This document shows positions 62,149 through 64,000 of a DNA stretch of 64,000 nucleotides, piece by piece. The stretch comes from Octopus vulgaris (Eukaryota), in contig OX597816.1 of the NCBI GenBank assembly GCA_951406725.2, forward strand, positions 180,358,001 to 180,422,000. The letters are read 5' to 3'. The stretch's first letter is position 1. Every line of letters begins with the position of its first letter. The notes beneath the pieces are model-generated. The model worked only from the letters and a program-made list of their open reading frames with translations. It was not told the DNA's origin and made no database searches. The translations under genes were made by a program, and so were the position numbers.

Positions 62149-63121
62149 ATCGATGCAAATCCACCTGAGATGACACTGAGAGTCATCTCAGGTGGATTTG
62201 CATCGATTTCTTCTTTGATCCTTTCCTTCAAATCCTCAACAGTTCGAGGACAATATTGGAAAACCTTTTCCTTTTGGTATCCCCAAAGGAAAAAGTCACA
62301 AGGGCTTAAATCTAGTAACCTTGCCAGTCACCCTACATCTCTCCTTAAAGATATCAAATGCCCAGGAAACATTTCTCTCAACACTGAGCAAACATCATAC
62401 TGTGTGAGCTGTGGCCCCGTCCTGTTGAAACCACACATGTTCTGTATCCAAATCTTTCTGTTTGGTGTGCAGAAAGGCCTCCAACATTTCAATCTACTGA
62501 TTGGAGGTAACAGTTACTGTTGTACCACCTTCTTCAAAAAAGTATGGGCCAATCTCACCAAAGTCAGCAACTGTACACCAAACAGTTACATGAGGAGAGT
62601 GAAATGGTTGTTGGTGGAATTCATGAGGATTATAGTCAGTCCAGTAGCAAACATTCTGCTTGTTTATGATTCCATTGATATGGAAGTAAGCCTCATCAGT
62701 ACTCAGAACAGCTGCAGTGGGAACTTGAGCAAGAGTATTTGCACATATAGCTCTGCAGTTATGATCTGTCTCAGCTAATTTTTGAGCCAACATCATTTTG
62801 TAAGGATGCAGTTTCAAATCAATATGCAAAATCCTCCTCAAACTCCAACCTGATATCCATAGTTCTGTGCTATACTTACATGCGGAATGCTTTGGCAATT
62901 GCTGAATGGATGCTCTTACTACTGCCAGATTATCTGAAGTTCTAACAGTCCTAGGGAACAACTCCATCAATGTATTGACAACAATGGCCACCATTTTTCT
63001 GATATAACTTTTAAAACCCATTGAAACAAAATTACTTTTTATGTACTTTTTAGAAATATAATCAGTTGTGTTCTTTTTTTATATCCATTCAAAATGTGGG
63101 AGATCTTTGTGCTCCACCCTG
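62149..63121 (-). mobile_element. Degenerate Tc1/mariner-superfamily transposon, probably DD41D (rosa-like)
   Basis: ORF 62494-63021: DLKLHPYKM..STDEAYFHINGIINKQNVCYW..SPHVTVWC..IGPYFFEE. Downstream WFQQDGATAH..MFPGHLIS..DLSPCDFFLWGY. There are 121 nt between the 2nd and 3rd Asp codons with one frameshift (40-41 codons). Right end ..ctccaccctg. Confidence 0.85.
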
Positions 63122-64000
63122 TCTAACAAGCATGTTTGAGTATTTTACTGTTCAACTTGCATTATAGTAACTTACAATAAGCTAAACTACTTTCAAACTT
63201 CAAATTCACTCTGCACTTTTTTAATGAATGTTTTGTTGTTTCCATATTTTGTAATTTGTGCATAAATGATGCCAAGCCTGATGTGTGGAGAAATACCTTT
63301 TGTTGTTGTGTAGGGCTGAAATCTGCATTGTTGGTTTTATTGTCAAATGTCTTTTTAAATGAGAACTTCTTTGTAAACAACATCCTTTGTGGAATGTTTG
63401 TTGTTTGGGATTTATATGTTCAATCCCTGAAACCCAGTGGATACTCATTATCCATGTGTGAATGTGAGCTTTGGTAAAGGTAAAGCAAGTTTTGTTTGTT
63501 CTTGTCATTTATTAATTATCATTGCCATTGCTAATTTAATAGGAAACTGTTGTCTAATTAATGTAAATGATAACTCTTCACTTACTGAATATAAATAGTT
63601 TTGCTGCGATGTTGACCTTCATTTATAACTTTTACCATGATGACTTTTTTCTTGAATGTCTTGGATTACTAAACCTGTACCGTTACAAATGCCATTAGCT
63701 TGGACAATTCTATATAAGAGAATAATTATTGCATTAGTCTTTAATTTTAATATGATGATAAGCCTGAAATATTTAGCATATTTAAGTGCTCTGTAGTGAA
63801 TTCTGAAAGGTCATCCTGATGCAAGCATTGATCATGATTAAAGAGAACCTTTTCATCTCTTGGAAACAGTTCTAATATTTCCTCATTGATGAAGTCAACA
63901 TCAATACTTTTGGGTGCTAAAAGAATTTTTGAAAATTTTTCCGGCTCTGCAATGCATTCCTGTATGACATTTCTATTGAAAGCCTAAGAATTGATGGTTT

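Noticed and set aside
62146-62778. 210-aa + strand ORF
   Set aside because: It is the antisense frame of the decayed transposase; no independent evidence of coding.
1-64000. Antisense orientation bias of transposon remnants relative to PKC
   Set aside because: Many are on the minus strand, but the CR1 copies, one mariner, several RTE tails and most SINEs are on plus; the numbers are too small to claim a bias.

Overview
AT-rich, repeat-saturated metazoan DNA, most consistent with an octopus or other coleoid cephalopod (inferred from the SINE, RTE and mariner repertoire and the dense microsatellites; not proven). I can support only one host coding exon: a 129-nt phase-1/phase-1 internal exon at 47679-47807 (+). 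It encodes the end of the C1B zinc finger and the start of the C2 domain of a conventional protein kinase C. The neighbouring PKC exons were not found by eye, so the window is probably almost all intron (>47 kb upstream, >16 kb downstream). The rest is decayed transposable elements: an RTE LINE with an RT and a PHD-type finger, CR1-like and R4/Dong-like LINE ends, mariner relics, a DD41D-like Tc1/mariner relic, hAT/Tc1/piggyBac-type MITEs, two non-autonomous Helitrons, Penelope-like remnants with hammerhead-like cores, and three SINE families. Nearly all other ORFs in the track are artefacts of microsatellites or repeats. I see no convincing new multi-gene system. The best second-look items are a pre-miRNA-like hairpin, fold-back palindromes at transposon breakpoints, modular SINEs with exchanged tails, inverted repeat pairs that could form dsRNA in the pre-mRNA, and a homogeneous 28-bp CCAAT-containing minisatellite. 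Repeat boundaries are approximate unless TIR or TSD positions are given.
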